Of a DNA stretch of 64,000 bases, positions 7,951-17,407 are shown in pieces. The position numbers were made by a program, and so were the translations under genes. The notes below the pieces were generated by a model, which saw only the letters and a list, made by a program, of their open reading frames with translations, made no database searches and was not told the origin of the DNA. This DNA is from Chthoniobacterales bacterium. Lineage in GTDB: Bacteria > Verrucomicrobiota > Verrucomicrobiia > Chthoniobacterales > Chthoniobacteraceae. Every line of letters begins with the position of its first letter. Positions within the stretch are counted from its first letter, which is position 1. The stretch spans positions 1-64,000 of the forward strand of contig JBBQZX010000026.1 of the NCBI GenBank assembly GCA_038207335.1, in the 5' to 3' direction.

Positions 7951-9165
7951 CTATGCCGACAAGCGGATATTTCCAACCGCCATTCGCAACGCGGCAATGT
8001 CAGCCGTGATGTAACCGGCGTGCGTGTCGGCGTCAGCGTGCCCGGTGATTGCGCGAGCGATTTCAGGATGCACGTTCGCACAGGCCAGTTGCGTCGCCGC
8101 GAAGTGGCGTAGGCTGTGAAAGCTCTTCTTGCTGACTGTCCGGCCCCGCCCTTCCTTGTCGGCTTGGCGCGCTACACCCGCGGCGACCTTCGCTCTCTCC
8201 ATGAGTCGTTTGAAACTCATGCTCAGGCCGGATTTACCGGTTCCCGCCTTGTGAGCCAAGGTCGGAAAGATCGGTGCCGCGGCGATGCCACGCGGCTGTT
8301 CCGTGAGCCATTCGGCGAAGGCCGGATGGACAGGCAGCATCAACGCGGCCCCTGTCTTCGCCGTCTTCAAGCGAATAATGCCGCCGTCGCAATCGACATT
8401 GCGCCATTGCAAGCGAGACGCATCCATGAGTCGAAGGCCGGTCGTCGCCGCCAAAACAATGAGCCCTTTCCAGTCGCCTTCGGCAGCATCAATCAGCGTC
8501 TTCACTTCGCCAGCGGTAAAAGGCTGCCGTTTCACATCCTCTTTATCCTCGCGAAGCGGGTTCACCCCGATGAAGGGATTGCGGCCAAGATGCCCTTGCT
8601 CGACTGAGTCTTGGTAGATGCCCCGCAAAAGCTTGACGGTTTGATTGACGGTGCGCGCGGCCAAGCCTTCGATTGCCAGTCGGTCACGAAAGCCAACGGC
8701 GTCGCCCTTCGTGATGATTTCCAACGGCTTGTCGGCTTTCCGGCCAAGGTAGGTGAGCCAATCGCGGCATACTTGGTCGTATTTCCAGCGTGAGCGCTCT
8801 TTCACCGCGCCGTTTTTGCTCGCCTGCCACATTTTGCACCAAGCGGAATTCGTGACGGCATCAAGCCGTTCCTGCCCCGCTGACACAAGGATGTCATTCA
8901 TCAAGTCGCGAAAGCTTGCCGCATCCAAACGCCCGGCAACGGCAAGCTGCGTCGCTCGCTGCATTCCGTCCGTCACCCCTGCGAGGGAAGCGCTTTGCCC
9001 TCGCTTCGCCCGCTCATCCCCGGCTTCCAGTTCAAGCCGGTCTGCAATTCGCTGCGCGTCAGCCTCGTTGGTCGTTTTGGTCGTCACCTTCCGCCGCCGA
9101 CCATCGGCAGAACGGTAGCAGGCGAAGAAGAAGCGGCTTTCGGGATGTCGCCAAAGGCTTGCCAT
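7951..9165 (-). CDS. int: Tyrosine recombinase/integrase
   Basis: Catalytic set present: TGLR, KT.KT, FHSLRH, TGH, terminal Y (HAGY); N-terminal arm-binding-like segment. Confidence 0.95.
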   Translation of the reverse strand: MASLWRHPESRFFFACYRSADGRRRKVTTKTTNEADAQRIADRLELEAGDERAKRGQSASLAGVTDGMQRATQLAVAGRLDAASFRDLMNDILVSAGQERLDAVTNSAWCKMWQASKNGAVKERSRWKYDQVCRDWLTYLGRKADKPLEIITKGDAVGFRDRLAIEGLAARTVNQTVKLLRGIYQDSVEQGHLGRNPFIGVNPLREDKEDVKRQPFTAGEVKTLIDAAEGDWKGLIVLAATTGLRLMDASRLQWRNVDCDGGIIRLKTAKTGAALMLPVHPAFAEWLTEQPRGIAAAPIFPTLAHKAGTGKSGLSMSFKRLMERAKVAAGVARQADKEGRGRTVSKKSFHSLRHFAATQLACANVHPEIARAITGHADADTHAGYITADIAALRMAVGNIRLSA

Positions 9166-9183
9166 AGGAGTTGATCAGGTTTG

Positions 9184-9204
9184 CTGTGAACAGAACTGTG
9201 AACA
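9184..9204 (+). repeat. Putative integrase arm-binding sites (CTGTGAACA x2), right end
   Basis: CTGTGAACA at 9184-9192 and 9196-9204. Confidence 0.7.
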
Positions 9205-9280
9205 AGTGCAAGTGTTCGCGGTGGTTCTCAGTCATTCACGTAACAGAGTAAAGCAAATTGATTCACCGCAAGCAATCGAA

Positions 9281-9308
9281 ACGAGGGTTCGATTCCCTTC
9301 ACCCGCTC
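9281..9308 (+). repeat. att core, right copy
   Basis: Identical to 2742-2769. Confidence 0.92.
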
Positions 9309-9622
9309 TCATCCAGATAGACCAAGGCTCCGGACCAATAAGCCTTGAGACTAAAAACGCGGTTTTTGAACCTATTGACGCCACCCCTTGACCTCGTGAA
9401 GCGGTCCCTGAGCCTCAGTTGGACTCAGAGATGGAGTTCCCCATGCCCGGAGCCGCAATGCCGCAGCCTCGGCACGTCCTCGCTGGATCCAGCGGTGCGA
9501 CGGCGAGGCTTGTCTGGACAGTGAACGCGTTCAGGGACCTCGTCGCTGGAGCGCGATTTCCAAACGGCGGTTGGCAACGCGGAAAGCGCGGGTCGGCGCG
9601 GAAAAGGCGGCGACGAAGGGGC

Positions 9623-10906
9623 TTACGCCGCGTCTTTGTCCTGCTTGCGCCGGATGAGCGGCGGCTTTTTTCCCTCGACGACCGCGCGGTTAATCGTGAC
9701 GTCCGCCACATCGTCGCGGCTCGGGACTTCATACATGAGGTCCAGCATGATCCGTTCGAACATCGACCGCAACGCGCGCGCGCCGGTGCCTTTGGTCACG
9801 GCTTGCTCAGCGAGAGCGCGAACGCCGTCTTTGGTGACGTTGAGGGTGACGCCTTCCATCGAGAGGAGCTTGGAGAATTGCTTCACCATCGCGTTCTTCG
9901 TGTCGGTCAGGATCATCACGAGTTCGTCTTCCGTGAGCATGTCCAGCGCGGTGACGACCGGGAGGCGGCCCACAAATTCCGGGATCATGCCGAACGAAAG
10001 CAAATCCTCCGGTTCGGTGAAACGGATGGCCTCGCTGGCTGGAATCTCTGCCTCATTTGCCTCGTGCGCAGTGACTCCGAAACCGAGGACTTTTTTGCCC
10101 ATGCGCTTTTGGATCATCTTATCCAAGCCGACGAATGCGCCGCCGCAGATGAAGAGGATGCGCTCGGTGCTGACCTGAATGTATTCCTGGTGCGGATGCT
10201 TTCGCCCGCCCTGCGGCGGCACGTTGCAGACGGTGCCCTCTAGGATTTTCAAGAGCGCCTGCTGGACGCCTTCGCCGCTGACATCGCGGGTGATCGAGAC
10301 ATTATCGGTCTTCCGCCCGATTTTGTCGATTTCGTCGATGTAGATGATTCCGATTTCCGCGCGCTTCACATCGTAGTCGGCGCTCTGAAGCAGACGCAGG
10401 ACGATGTTTTCCACATCCTCGCCGACGTATCCGGCCTCGGTCAGCGTGGTGGCGTCCGCGATGCAAAATGGCACGTCGATGATGCGCGCGAGGGTGCGGG
10501 CGAGCAGCGTTTTGCCGGAGCCAGTCGGGCCGATGAGCAAGACGTTGCTCTTCTCGATCTCGACGTCGGCGAGCGGGTCCATCGTGACGGAGGCATTCGC
10601 GCCGAGCGTCTGGTTGTGCAGGATGCGCTTGTAGTGGTTGTGCACCGCGACGCTGAGCACCTTCTTTGCCTTCTCCTGGCCGATGACGAACTGGTCGAGC
10701 TGCCGCCGGATTTCGATCGGCTTCGGCACGCGCAGGTTGGTCGATTGCTTCTTGGCGTCGTCGTTGAGTTCCTTGTCGAGGATGCCTTTGCACACCGTGA
10801 TGCAGCTGTCGCAAATATAAACGCCGGGCCCGGCGATGAGCTTTCGGACTTCCGCGTGGCTCTTGCCGCAGAAGCTGCACATGGTGAGATTGGAAGCGCG
10901 CGCCAT
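9623..10906 (-). CDS. clpX: ATP-dependent Clp protease ATP-binding subunit ClpX
   Basis: CSFCGK...CDSC zinc finger, GPTGSGKT Walker [18 protein letters not shown] loop; start at MARASN. Confidence 0.98.
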   Translation of the reverse strand: MARASNLTMCSFCGKSHAEVRKLIAGPGVYICDSCITVCKGILDKELNDDAKKQSTNLRVPKPIEIRRQLDQFVIGQEKAKKVLSVAVHNHYKRILHNQTLGANASVTMDPLADVEIEKSNVLLIGPTGSGKTLLARTLARIIDVPFCIADATTLTEAGYVGEDVENIVLRLLQSADYDVKRAEIGIIYIDEIDKIGRKTDNVSITRDVSGEGVQQALLKILEGTVCNVPPQGGRKHPHQEYIQVSTERILFICGGAFVGLDKMIQKRMGKKVLGFGVTAHEANEAEIPASEAIRFTEPEDLLSFGMIPEFVGRLPVVTALDMLTEDELVMILTDTKNAMVKQFSKLLSMEGVTLNVTKDGVRALAEQAVTKGTGARALRSMFERIMLDLMYEVPSRDDVADVTINRAVVEGKKPPLIRRKQDKDAA

Positions 10907-11036
10907 AGTTGAGTAGGTCGGAGAGTGAAAAACCGGAGGGTAGCAATGCCTCAAACGAGCGGAGAAATCAACGAACAAGCCGCCGAATTTCGCGCCCTCG
11001 CGCGCAGGACGCGGTCAATTCCCCGCCAGAGCCAGG

Positions 11037-12221
11037 CTATCCGCCCTCGCTCAGCCGCTTTTTCGGCGCATCGAAAAGCATCGCGTGGGCGTCCGCCAAA
11101 ATGCCGGGAATCTGCTCCGCGAAAGGATGGGCGGGCAGCGCGGCGCTGATTTTAGATGCGTCGAATGCCGCTGCATTTGCGCCCGGAAACCAGTGTCCGG
11201 CCTCGCCCATCAGGTTGTAGCGCATCTTGCCCCACTCGATCAGGTCGAGCGCCTTAGCGAACGTCCACAGCCGCACGATTTCCTGCACATTCACCTCGCC
11301 GGGAATCGCGTCGAATTCCGGCAAATCCTGCATCCCGCCAGCGCACCACTCCGCGCCGAGCACGCGCTCCATTTCCGCTCGCAGCCGCGCTGCGATCGGC
11401 GCGGTGATGGTCTCAGCGTCGTCGTAGTGCTCCAGCGCCGCGACGTGCTCGTCGAAATCCGACGGCCGCGCCGCGCCGACGCTGAGCGTGTGAATCTCGG
11501 GGCGCGCGAGGCAGTAGAGGTCATTGAAAGCGATCGGCGAGAGCGGCGCGCAAAGCCCCGTCAATTTAGTCGGAGGGTGGTAAAGCATCCCTCCTTTGTC
11601 CGTCGGGCTGATGATGAACACGCCCATGTCCCGCGCCGTCGCCGCCCGCACCGCCGCCCAGTTGTAGTCGTTCACGAAATACCAGTGCACGTTCACGTAA
11701 TCGAACTCGCCCGTCTCGACCACGCGCAGGATCGTGTCGGGCGTGCCGTGCGTGGAAAATCCGATGAAGCGGCAGCGCCCGTCACGCTGGAATCGGCGCG
11801 CCGCCTCCATGCAGCCTCCGGGCCGGAGCGTCCAGTCGAGCAGCTCCGCGTTATTGATTCCGTGGATCGAGAGAAGATCGACATGATCGAGCTTCAGCAT
11901 CCGCATCGAAGTCTCGAATTTCTCCACGAACTCCGCCGCGCTTTCCGTCGGCGAGACTTTCGTCTGCACGATCATTTTCTCGCGTGGCAGCTTCGGCAGC
12001 AGCCAGCCGAGCTGCATTTCGCTCGATCCATATCCGCGCGCCGTTTCGATGTGATTGATCCCCAGTTCCAGCGCACGCAAGACAGTCGCCTCCAGGTTGC
12101 GCTGATTTTCCTCCGGCACATCCTCTGGCGCGCAGTCGTCCCACTTGTGCTGATATCGCATCCCTCCGCACGAAAAGACGGGCATCTGGAGTTCTGTGCG
12201 ACCGAAGCGGCGATATTTCAT
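11037..12221 (-). CDS. Aldo/keto reductase
   Basis: MKYRRFGRTEL...GINHIETARGYGSSE...FIGFSTHG. Confidence 0.92.
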   Translation of the reverse strand: MKYRRFGRTELQMPVFSCGGMRYQHKWDDCAPEDVPEENQRNLEATVLRALELGINHIETARGYGSSEMQLGWLLPKLPREKMIVQTKVSPTESAAEFVEKFETSMRMLKLDHVDLLSIHGINNAELLDWTLRPGGCMEAARRFQRDGRCRFIGFSTHGTPDTILRVVETGEFDYVNVHWYFVNDYNWAAVRAATARDMGVFIISPTDKGGMLYHPPTKLTGLCAPLSPIAFNDLYCLARPEIHTLSVGAARPSDFDEHVAALEHYDDAETITAPIAARLRAEMERVLGAEWCAGGMQDLPEFDAIPGEVNVQEIVRLWTFAKALDLIEWGKMRYNLMGEAGHWFPGANAAAFDASKISAALPAHPFAEQIPGILADAHAMLFDAPKKRLSEGG

Positions 12222-12273
12222 TGCGCGGATTTTCACCGTGCGCCCGCCGCGGGCAACGAAGATCGTGTCGGAA

Positions 12274-13020
12274 ATGCGCATCGTGCTGCTCGCACTTTTC
12301 ATCGCCATCGCCGCGCTCGCCGCGTGGTACATCACAGCGAGAAACGCCGACGATTGGGAAATAATCGACGCTGCCGGGCGAATCGCACGTGCTCGCAAAG
12401 CCCGCGCAGGCTTGATCTCCGAGCGGTTCAAGGCCGCAGGTGTCGCATATCCGCCGCGCGAGATTTTCCTGCGCGCCTTCAAGCATGAGGCCGCGCTCGA
12501 GCTTTGGGCGCGGGACAACCGCGCCGCATTTACGCTCGTCGCGACCTACCCGATCCTCGCGTCGTCCGGCGTGCCGGGACCGAAGCGCAGGGAAGGGGAC
12601 CGGCAGGTGCCGGAGGGCTTTTACCGAGTCGATCGTTTCAATCCCATGAGCGCATATCATCTCTCGCTCGGCCTCGATTACCCGAATGCCGCCGACCTCA
12701 GACGTTCCGATGCCGCTCGCCCCGGCGGCGACATTTTCATCCACGGAAAAGCCGTCACGATCGGCTGCATCCCAATCGGCGACTCCGCGATCGAAGAGCT
12801 GTTCCTGATCGCGCTCGACGCTCGCGATGCCGACCAGCGCGACGTCAGCGTTCACATCTTTCCCGCGCGGATGAGCGGCCCGGATTGGGAGATATTTTTA
12901 AAACGTGAAATCGCCCGCGATCCAGCTCTGGCGGGCTTTTGGCAGTCATTACGGCCCGACTACGAAGCCTTCGAGCGCGATCATCGCACGCTGGAAAAAG
13001 CGCCCATCGCAGTCGATTGA
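12274..13020 (+). CDS. L,D-transpeptidase family protein (YkuD/YafK-like)
   Basis: N-terminal anchor; GPKRREGDRQVPEGFY, LGLDYPN, IFIHG...TIGC catalytic motif. Confidence 0.9.
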   Translation: MRIVLLALFIAIAALAAWYITARNADDWEIIDAAGRIARARKARAGLISERFKAAGVAYPPREIFLRAFKHEAALELWARDNRAAFTLVATYPILASSGVPGPKRREGDRQVPEGFYRVDRFNPMSAYHLSLGLDYPNAADLRRSDAARPGGDIFIHGKAVTIGCIPIGDSAIEELFLIALDARDADQRDVSVHIFPARMSGPDWEIFLKREIARDPALAGFWQSLRPDYEAFERDHRTLEKAPIAVD

Positions 13021-15432
13021 ATCCTACCTATCGACGCACTCCTCAACAGCCTCGTTATTCCCGATCTCTGGCAGCAGGACGCCGTCCATGCGTTGCGAGC
13101 CGGGCGCGATGTCGTCGTCCACGCGCCAACCGGCGCGGGAAAGACTTACATTTTCGAGCTGCTCTATCCGGCATTGCGCGGGCAGGCGATTTTCACCGTG
13201 CCGACTCGCGCACTCGCAAATGACAAGCTCGCCGAATGGCGCGCGCGCGGCTGGGACGTGGGCATCGCGACCGGCGATCTCGCGCTGCGGCTCGATGCGA
13301 AAGTCGTCGTCGCCACGCTCGAAACGCAGAAGGGAAAATTCCTCCAGCGCACCGGACCGCGCCTGCTCGTGGTGGATGAATATCAGATGATCGGCGATCC
13401 GGTGCGCGGGGTGAACTACGAGCTCTCGCTCGCGCTCGCCCCGGCCGGGACGCAGCTCCTGCTGCTCAGCGGTAGCGTGGGAAATCCCGCGGCGATCGTC
13501 GATTGGCTGCGCCGCATCGGGCGCGACGCCGTGCTCGTGTCGCATGCCGAGCGACCCGTGCCGCTGGAGGAAATCGATTTCGGATCGCTTCCAAATCGAG
13601 CACCTGCGGGCCTTCGCGGCTGGTGGCCGCGTCTCGTGGCAAATGCGCTGCGCGCCGATCTCGGCCCCATCCTGCTCTTCGCCCCGCGCCGAAATGCCGC
13701 CGAGGAACTTGCGCAACAACTCACCGCCGCGCTGCCGCCCGACGAGCCTCTTACGCTCACGCCCGATCAGCAGCTCCTAGCCGGCTCTCGCCTCGCCCGG
13801 CTGCTTCATGCGCGCGTGGCCTTTCATCACAGCGGCCTGAGCTACGCGCAGCGCGCCGGGCTCATTGAGCCGCTCGCGAAAAATGGACAGCTCCGAGTGG
13901 TGGTAGCGACGATGGGACTCGCCGCTGGGATCAATTTTTCCATGCGATCGGTCGCGATCACCGGCACCACTTTCAAGGCCGGAAATTTCGAGCGCCAGGT
14001 CGCGCCGGATGAGCTGCTGCAAATGTACGGACGCGCCGGACGCCGCGGCCTCGACGAAACGGGATACGCGCTCGTGACGGAATCGCCGCGCCTCCACGAT
14101 GCCCGTCCGCGCCTGTTGCGTCGGGCATCTCCGGTCGATTGGCCGACGCTGATCGCCGTGATGCAGGGCGCGTATGAAAGTGGCGCCGAGCCGTTCGAGT
14201 CCGCGCTCGAGTTGAATCGGCGGCTCTTCACGCCGGTCGAAATCCCGCTCGGAGTCGAGCACTCGCGCGGGACCGGAAAAATGCCGTGCGGCTTCTCCGT
14301 GGACATGGAGCGCGCACGATTTGCGCGCCGCGGAGTCGTCGAAATGCTCAACTCGCGCGGCGAATGGGAGAGCCGCCCGCGCGACCAAATCGACGCGCCC
14401 CTCGGCGACGCGCTCGTGCAAGAACACGGACGCTGGCGTCCCGCACTCTCATTGGCTCGCAGCCTTCACGGAGTCGGCATCGGCGGGCTGTGCAAGCTCG
14501 CCGAGGGGAACGAAAAGCGATACGGCCGCGAAGTGCCCGTCGGCATACGTCGCGGCGACGGCACGCTGGCGCTCGCCCCGTCGCTGCGTCGCATTTTCAA
14601 GCGACCGCGCATCGACGAAGCCGCGCTGCAAAACGAAATCCTCCCTCGCCTCATAGAACTCTCGGGCACCGGCGCACACCTCGCCGCGCTCGTCCCGCGC
14701 GGCGAGCAGCTCCTCGCGCGATTCCGTTTCGACGAGCTTCCCGTCCGCACGTGGATCGACTCGTACGGACGCGCGATCATCGACCCGCCCGAACGTCGCG
14801 AGCTGCCCGAGCCGTGTCGCGCCTGCGTCGAACTGCCGTGGTGTACCGGCGTCGAGATCACTGCCTCGCCCGCGCACGCTTGGCGGCGGCTTGGCCTCAT
14901 CGAGCCCGGCGGGGTGCCGACGCGGCGCGGGAGCATCTTCAGCTTCTTCCAGCATGGTGAAGGCCTGGCCGTGGCCGCCGCTCTGGAGGACGAAAGCTAC
15001 CCGATCGACGACCTCATTTTCGACCTCGCGAATCTCCGCGCCGGCCCGCGTTTTGGGGGCGATGAATCACCATTCGGCGGGCGGCTCGGCGCGCTCTGCC
15101 AGCAAATCTACGAGCGCGCTGACCTGCCAGGATATTTGGAAATGGGCGTGCCGATCGCATACGGCGCGGGAGCCAGCGAGGTCGTGCGCGAGATCGTGGA
15201 GCACCAGACCGTACGGCAGAAACTGCTCACCGATTCGCTCCGGCAGGGCGACCTCGATCGCGCGATCATCGAGTGGCGCAGTCTTCTGCGCCACATCGTT
15301 TGGGCGCCCGCGCACGACTGGCCGCGTTGGGCTGCGCTGCAATCCGCGGCAGGGCGTTTCGTCGAGCAAATCGTCTCGCCCGCAAACGCCGATTTTCCCC
15401 CGCTCACCGCCGCACAAAGCCGGCGACTGTAG
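13021..15432 (+). CDS. DEAD/DEAH-box (Ski2-like) helicase; start codon uncertain
   Basis: Q-motif PDLWQQDAV, APTGAGKT, DEYQ, HHSGL, GINF, QMYGRAGRRG. Confidence 0.9.
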   Translation: MLPIDALLNSLVIPDLWQQDAVHALRAGRDVVVHAPTGAGKTYIFELLYPALRGQAIFTVPTRALANDKLAEWRARGWDVGIATGDLALRLDAKVVVATLETQKGKFLQRTGPRLLVVDEYQMIGDPVRGVNYELSLALAPAGTQLLLLSGSVGNPAAIVDWLRRIGRDAVLVSHAERPVPLEEIDFGSLPNRAPAGLRGWWPRLVANALRADLGPILLFAPRRNAAEELAQQLTAALPPDEPLTLTPDQQLLAGSRLARLLHARVAFHHSGLSYAQRAGLIEPLAKNGQLRVVVATMGLAAGINFSMRSVAITGTTFKAGNFERQVAPDELLQMYGRAGRRGLDETGYALVTESPRLHDARPRLLRRASPVDWPTLIAVMQGAYESGAEPFESALELNRRLFTPVEIPLGVEHSRGTGKMPCGFSVDMERARFARRGVVEMLNSRGEWESRPRDQIDAPLGDALVQEHGRWRPALSLARSLHGVGIGGLCKLAEGNEKRYGREVPVGIRRGDGTLALAPSLRRIFKRPRIDEAALQNEILPRLIELSGTGAHLAALVPRGEQLLARFRFDELPVRTWIDSYGRAIIDPPERRELPEPCRACVELPWCTGVEITASPAHAWRRLGLIEPGGVPTRRGSIFSFFQHGEGLAVAAALEDESYPIDDLIFDLANLRAGPRFGGDESPFGGRLGALCQQIYERADLPGYLEMGVPIAYGAGASEVVREIVEHQTVRQKLLTDSLRQGDLDRAIIEWRSLLRHIVWAPAHDWPRWAALQSAAGRFVEQIVSPANADFPPLTAAQSRRL

Positions 15433-15500
15433 CCGGGATCGGTGATCGCCCGGGCGACGATCGCGAGCCTCGTCCAGTCGGGATCACCGATCCCGACTAC
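15429..15500. repeat. Inverted REP-like pair between convergent genes
   Basis: GTAGCCGGGATCGGTGATC ... GATCACCGATCCCGACTAC; related GTAAGCCGGGATCGCTGATCCC at ~54212. Confidence 0.65.
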
Positions 15501-16291
15501 AGCGCACACGCTGCATCGAGCATTTTGAAAACGCCGGGTTCGACCGCGCGGAGATAGCCTTCCGAGTCGCGGCTCCAGATTTTGCGCAACGTCTCCAGAT
15601 GATCCGTAGGCAATTCCTCGGGTCGGGCGGGCAGCGCGGAATCGAACGGGAGTTCGAGCGTGATCATCGCTGGCGCGCTCCCATCCGCGTAGCGCAAGCC
15701 GTAACCGCACCACTGCCCAAGCGAGCCGGGACACGCGGCGTATGTTTTCTGCAAGCGGCGTTTCCCGCGCCCAAGTTCGGTCACGCGCAGCCGGTATGGC
15801 CGCCTCTCATTTTCTTCCAGCGAATCCCACATCGCCTGCGCCAACTCCGTGGACTGCGCGCCGTCGGCGTCGATCTCCGCGAGCGCCCAGTGGAGACTCA
15901 CGATTTTCGCGGGCTCCGCCTTGAGAATGAAATCGCGCAGCGCACGGCTCTCCATCTCCGACCACGGCTCCGGGCCCGATGGCTCCTCGCTGTCCGCGTG
16001 CCAATTGGTCCCGCAGTTCCGATTCAGATCGACGCCGCGCGCGTTGTAGCGCGAGTTCCGCGCCGCGCTGTCGGGATTGCATAGCGGCAGAGCGAAAACC
16101 GCAGCCTCGAACATTTCCAATCGGTTCGCCGCGAATTTTTCGACCAGTGAAATCGTCGCCTTCTCATCGCCGTGCATCCCGCCGACGAGAAACGTCGAGC
16201 CACCACGGCCATCGGACATCGCGCGATGGTTTGCGAAAATCGTAAGGTCGCGTCCTTCGATGGAGCGGCCGATGCTGCGGCTTTCAAGCAT
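15497..16291 (-). CDS. M14 zinc carboxypeptidase (MpaA-like murein peptide amidase)
   Basis: GGMHGDE (HxxE), NPD, RYNARGVDLNRN, SLH, ITLELP. Confidence 0.85.
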   Translation of the reverse strand: MLESRSIGRSIEGRDLTIFANHRAMSDGRGGSTFLVGGMHGDEKATISLVEKFAANRLEMFEAAVFALPLCNPDSAARNSRYNARGVDLNRNCGTNWHADSEEPSGPEPWSEMESRALRDFILKAEPAKIVSLHWALAEIDADGAQSTELAQAMWDSLEENERRPYRLRVTELGRGKRRLQKTYAACPGSLGQWCGYGLRYADGSAPAMITLELPFDSALPARPEELPTDHLETLRKIWSRDSEGYLRAVEPGVFKMLDAACAL

Positions 16292-16337
16292 TCACTTTCC
16301 TGCAATGCCCTCACTCCGCATGAAAGGCGAAAATGCG

Positions 16338-17069
16338 TTAGCGAGGCGCAGGACTGTTGCTCCGCCCGACCGATCCATTGCCTGTCGCACGGCCGTCCGC
16401 CTTCGTCGTAATATCGTTGTCAGTCGCCGCTTTCGACCCCGGTTGCGTGGTGATGTCTTTGTCCGTCCGGGCCTTCGAACCAGGTTGCGTCGTGATGTCG
16501 TGATCGGTGAGCGCTTTCGATCCCGGCTGTGTGGTGATGTCGTTATCAGTGCGCGCTTTCATCCCCGGCTGAGTGGTGATGTCGTTGTCGATTCGTGCCT
16601 TCGATCCCGGCTGCGTCGTAATATCACCGTCGGTCAATGCGGGATTCGCGAGCGGGAGCGTGGCGCGCGGTGTGGGGATGAGCGGCGCTGTTGGAAGCGT
16701 TCCCGGAGCTGTGACCACTGCGGGGGCGGTCGCATTCGGATCGGCGATCGAGACTTTGCTCACGACCAGTCGCCCGTCGCGAGTCGCGTAGTGAACCGTG
16801 ACTGGCATATCTGCACGGATCGTGGCGAATGTCGCGGGAGTGCCGTCGTTTGTCTGCACGGTCGCTTCACTCAACCCATAAAATGTGATCGGCCCGCGCG
16901 TTTGCTCCGAAAAGATCGTCATCGCACCGTTCTTGGAATCCACCGTGATCACTTTTCCAGTTGAGACAGGCGCACTTGGTGATGATGCGACAGGAACGCT
17001 GACTTGCGCCTGAAGAGTTGAGCCGATGGTCAGAGCGAAAATGGCGCAGAGAGTGGAAATGGTTTTCAT
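16338..17069 (-). CDS. Secreted hypothetical protein with a 14-aa tandem repeat tail
   Basis: Signal peptide MKTISTLCAIFALTIGSTLQA; OB-fold-like beta region; C-terminal repeats. Confidence 0.8.
   Translation of the reverse strand: MKTISTLCAIFALTIGSTLQAQVSVPVASSPSAPVSTGKVITVDSKNGAMTIFSEQTRGPITFYGLSEATVQTNDGTPATFATIRADMPVTVHYATRDGRLVVSKVSIADPNATAPAVVTAPGTLPTAPLIPTPRATLPLANPALTDGDITTQPGSKARIDNDITTQPGMKARTDNDITTQPGSKALTDHDITTQPGSKARTDKDITTQPGSKAATDNDITTKADGRATGNGSVGRSNSPAPR
16404..16634 (-). repeat. Coding tandem repeat, 42 bp x 5.5 (TDxDITTQPGSKAx)
   Basis: Five full units and one partial unit with synonymous variation. Confidence 0.9.
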
Positions 17070-17231
17070 AGAAAGCAGCGGTTTGGATTTAGAGGGCACA
17101 GGTACGGATCGAAATCACGCACACCCTGAATCGTCGCGCTCGCCGCCAGCGGACGCCCGCGGAGCCTCATCCGGACGGGCGACGATAAACCCAAGTAGCG
17201 CCAATGCCATGGGAGGCGCCATGCCGGAATG

Positions 17232-17280
17232 AGAAAAAAATTGCCCCGCGCGGTCGGCGAAGCCGGTTCCGCGCGGAGCG
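17232..17280 (-). terminator. Probable intrinsic terminator downstream of pyrB
   Basis: Minus strand: GCTCCGCGCGG-AACCGGCTTCGCCGA-CCGCGCGGGGC followed by AATTTTTTT. Confidence 0.55.
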
Positions 17281-17407
17281 CTCCACCCCTGGAGAATTTC
17301 CCTCAGTCGAGGGCTGAAATTTGAAATTCACTGTTCACCGCAGTCAGCAAATCCGCAAGTGGGGCCGTCCCCTAGCGATGGATGAGGGAACGCACCGCGC
17401 CCCGACT

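Larger units (their letters stand above)
2742..9308. mobile_element. ~6.5 kb integrative element (tyrosine integrase + HUH Rep) at a tRNA-Gly 3' sequence
   Basis: Exact 28-bp direct repeat ACGAGGGTTCGATTCCCTTCACCCGCTC at 2742-2769 and 9281-9308. The integrase lies next to the right repeat, and paired CTGTGAACA repeats sit inside both ends. Confidence 0.92.

Noticed and set aside
2742..9308. Filamentous prophage or classical PICI
   Set aside because: No Zot-like ATPase, coat-protein array, primase/helicase or terminase is recognisable.
16404..16634. CRISPR array
   Set aside because: The units are contiguous 42-bp in-frame coding repeats with no unique spacers, and there are no cas genes in the window.
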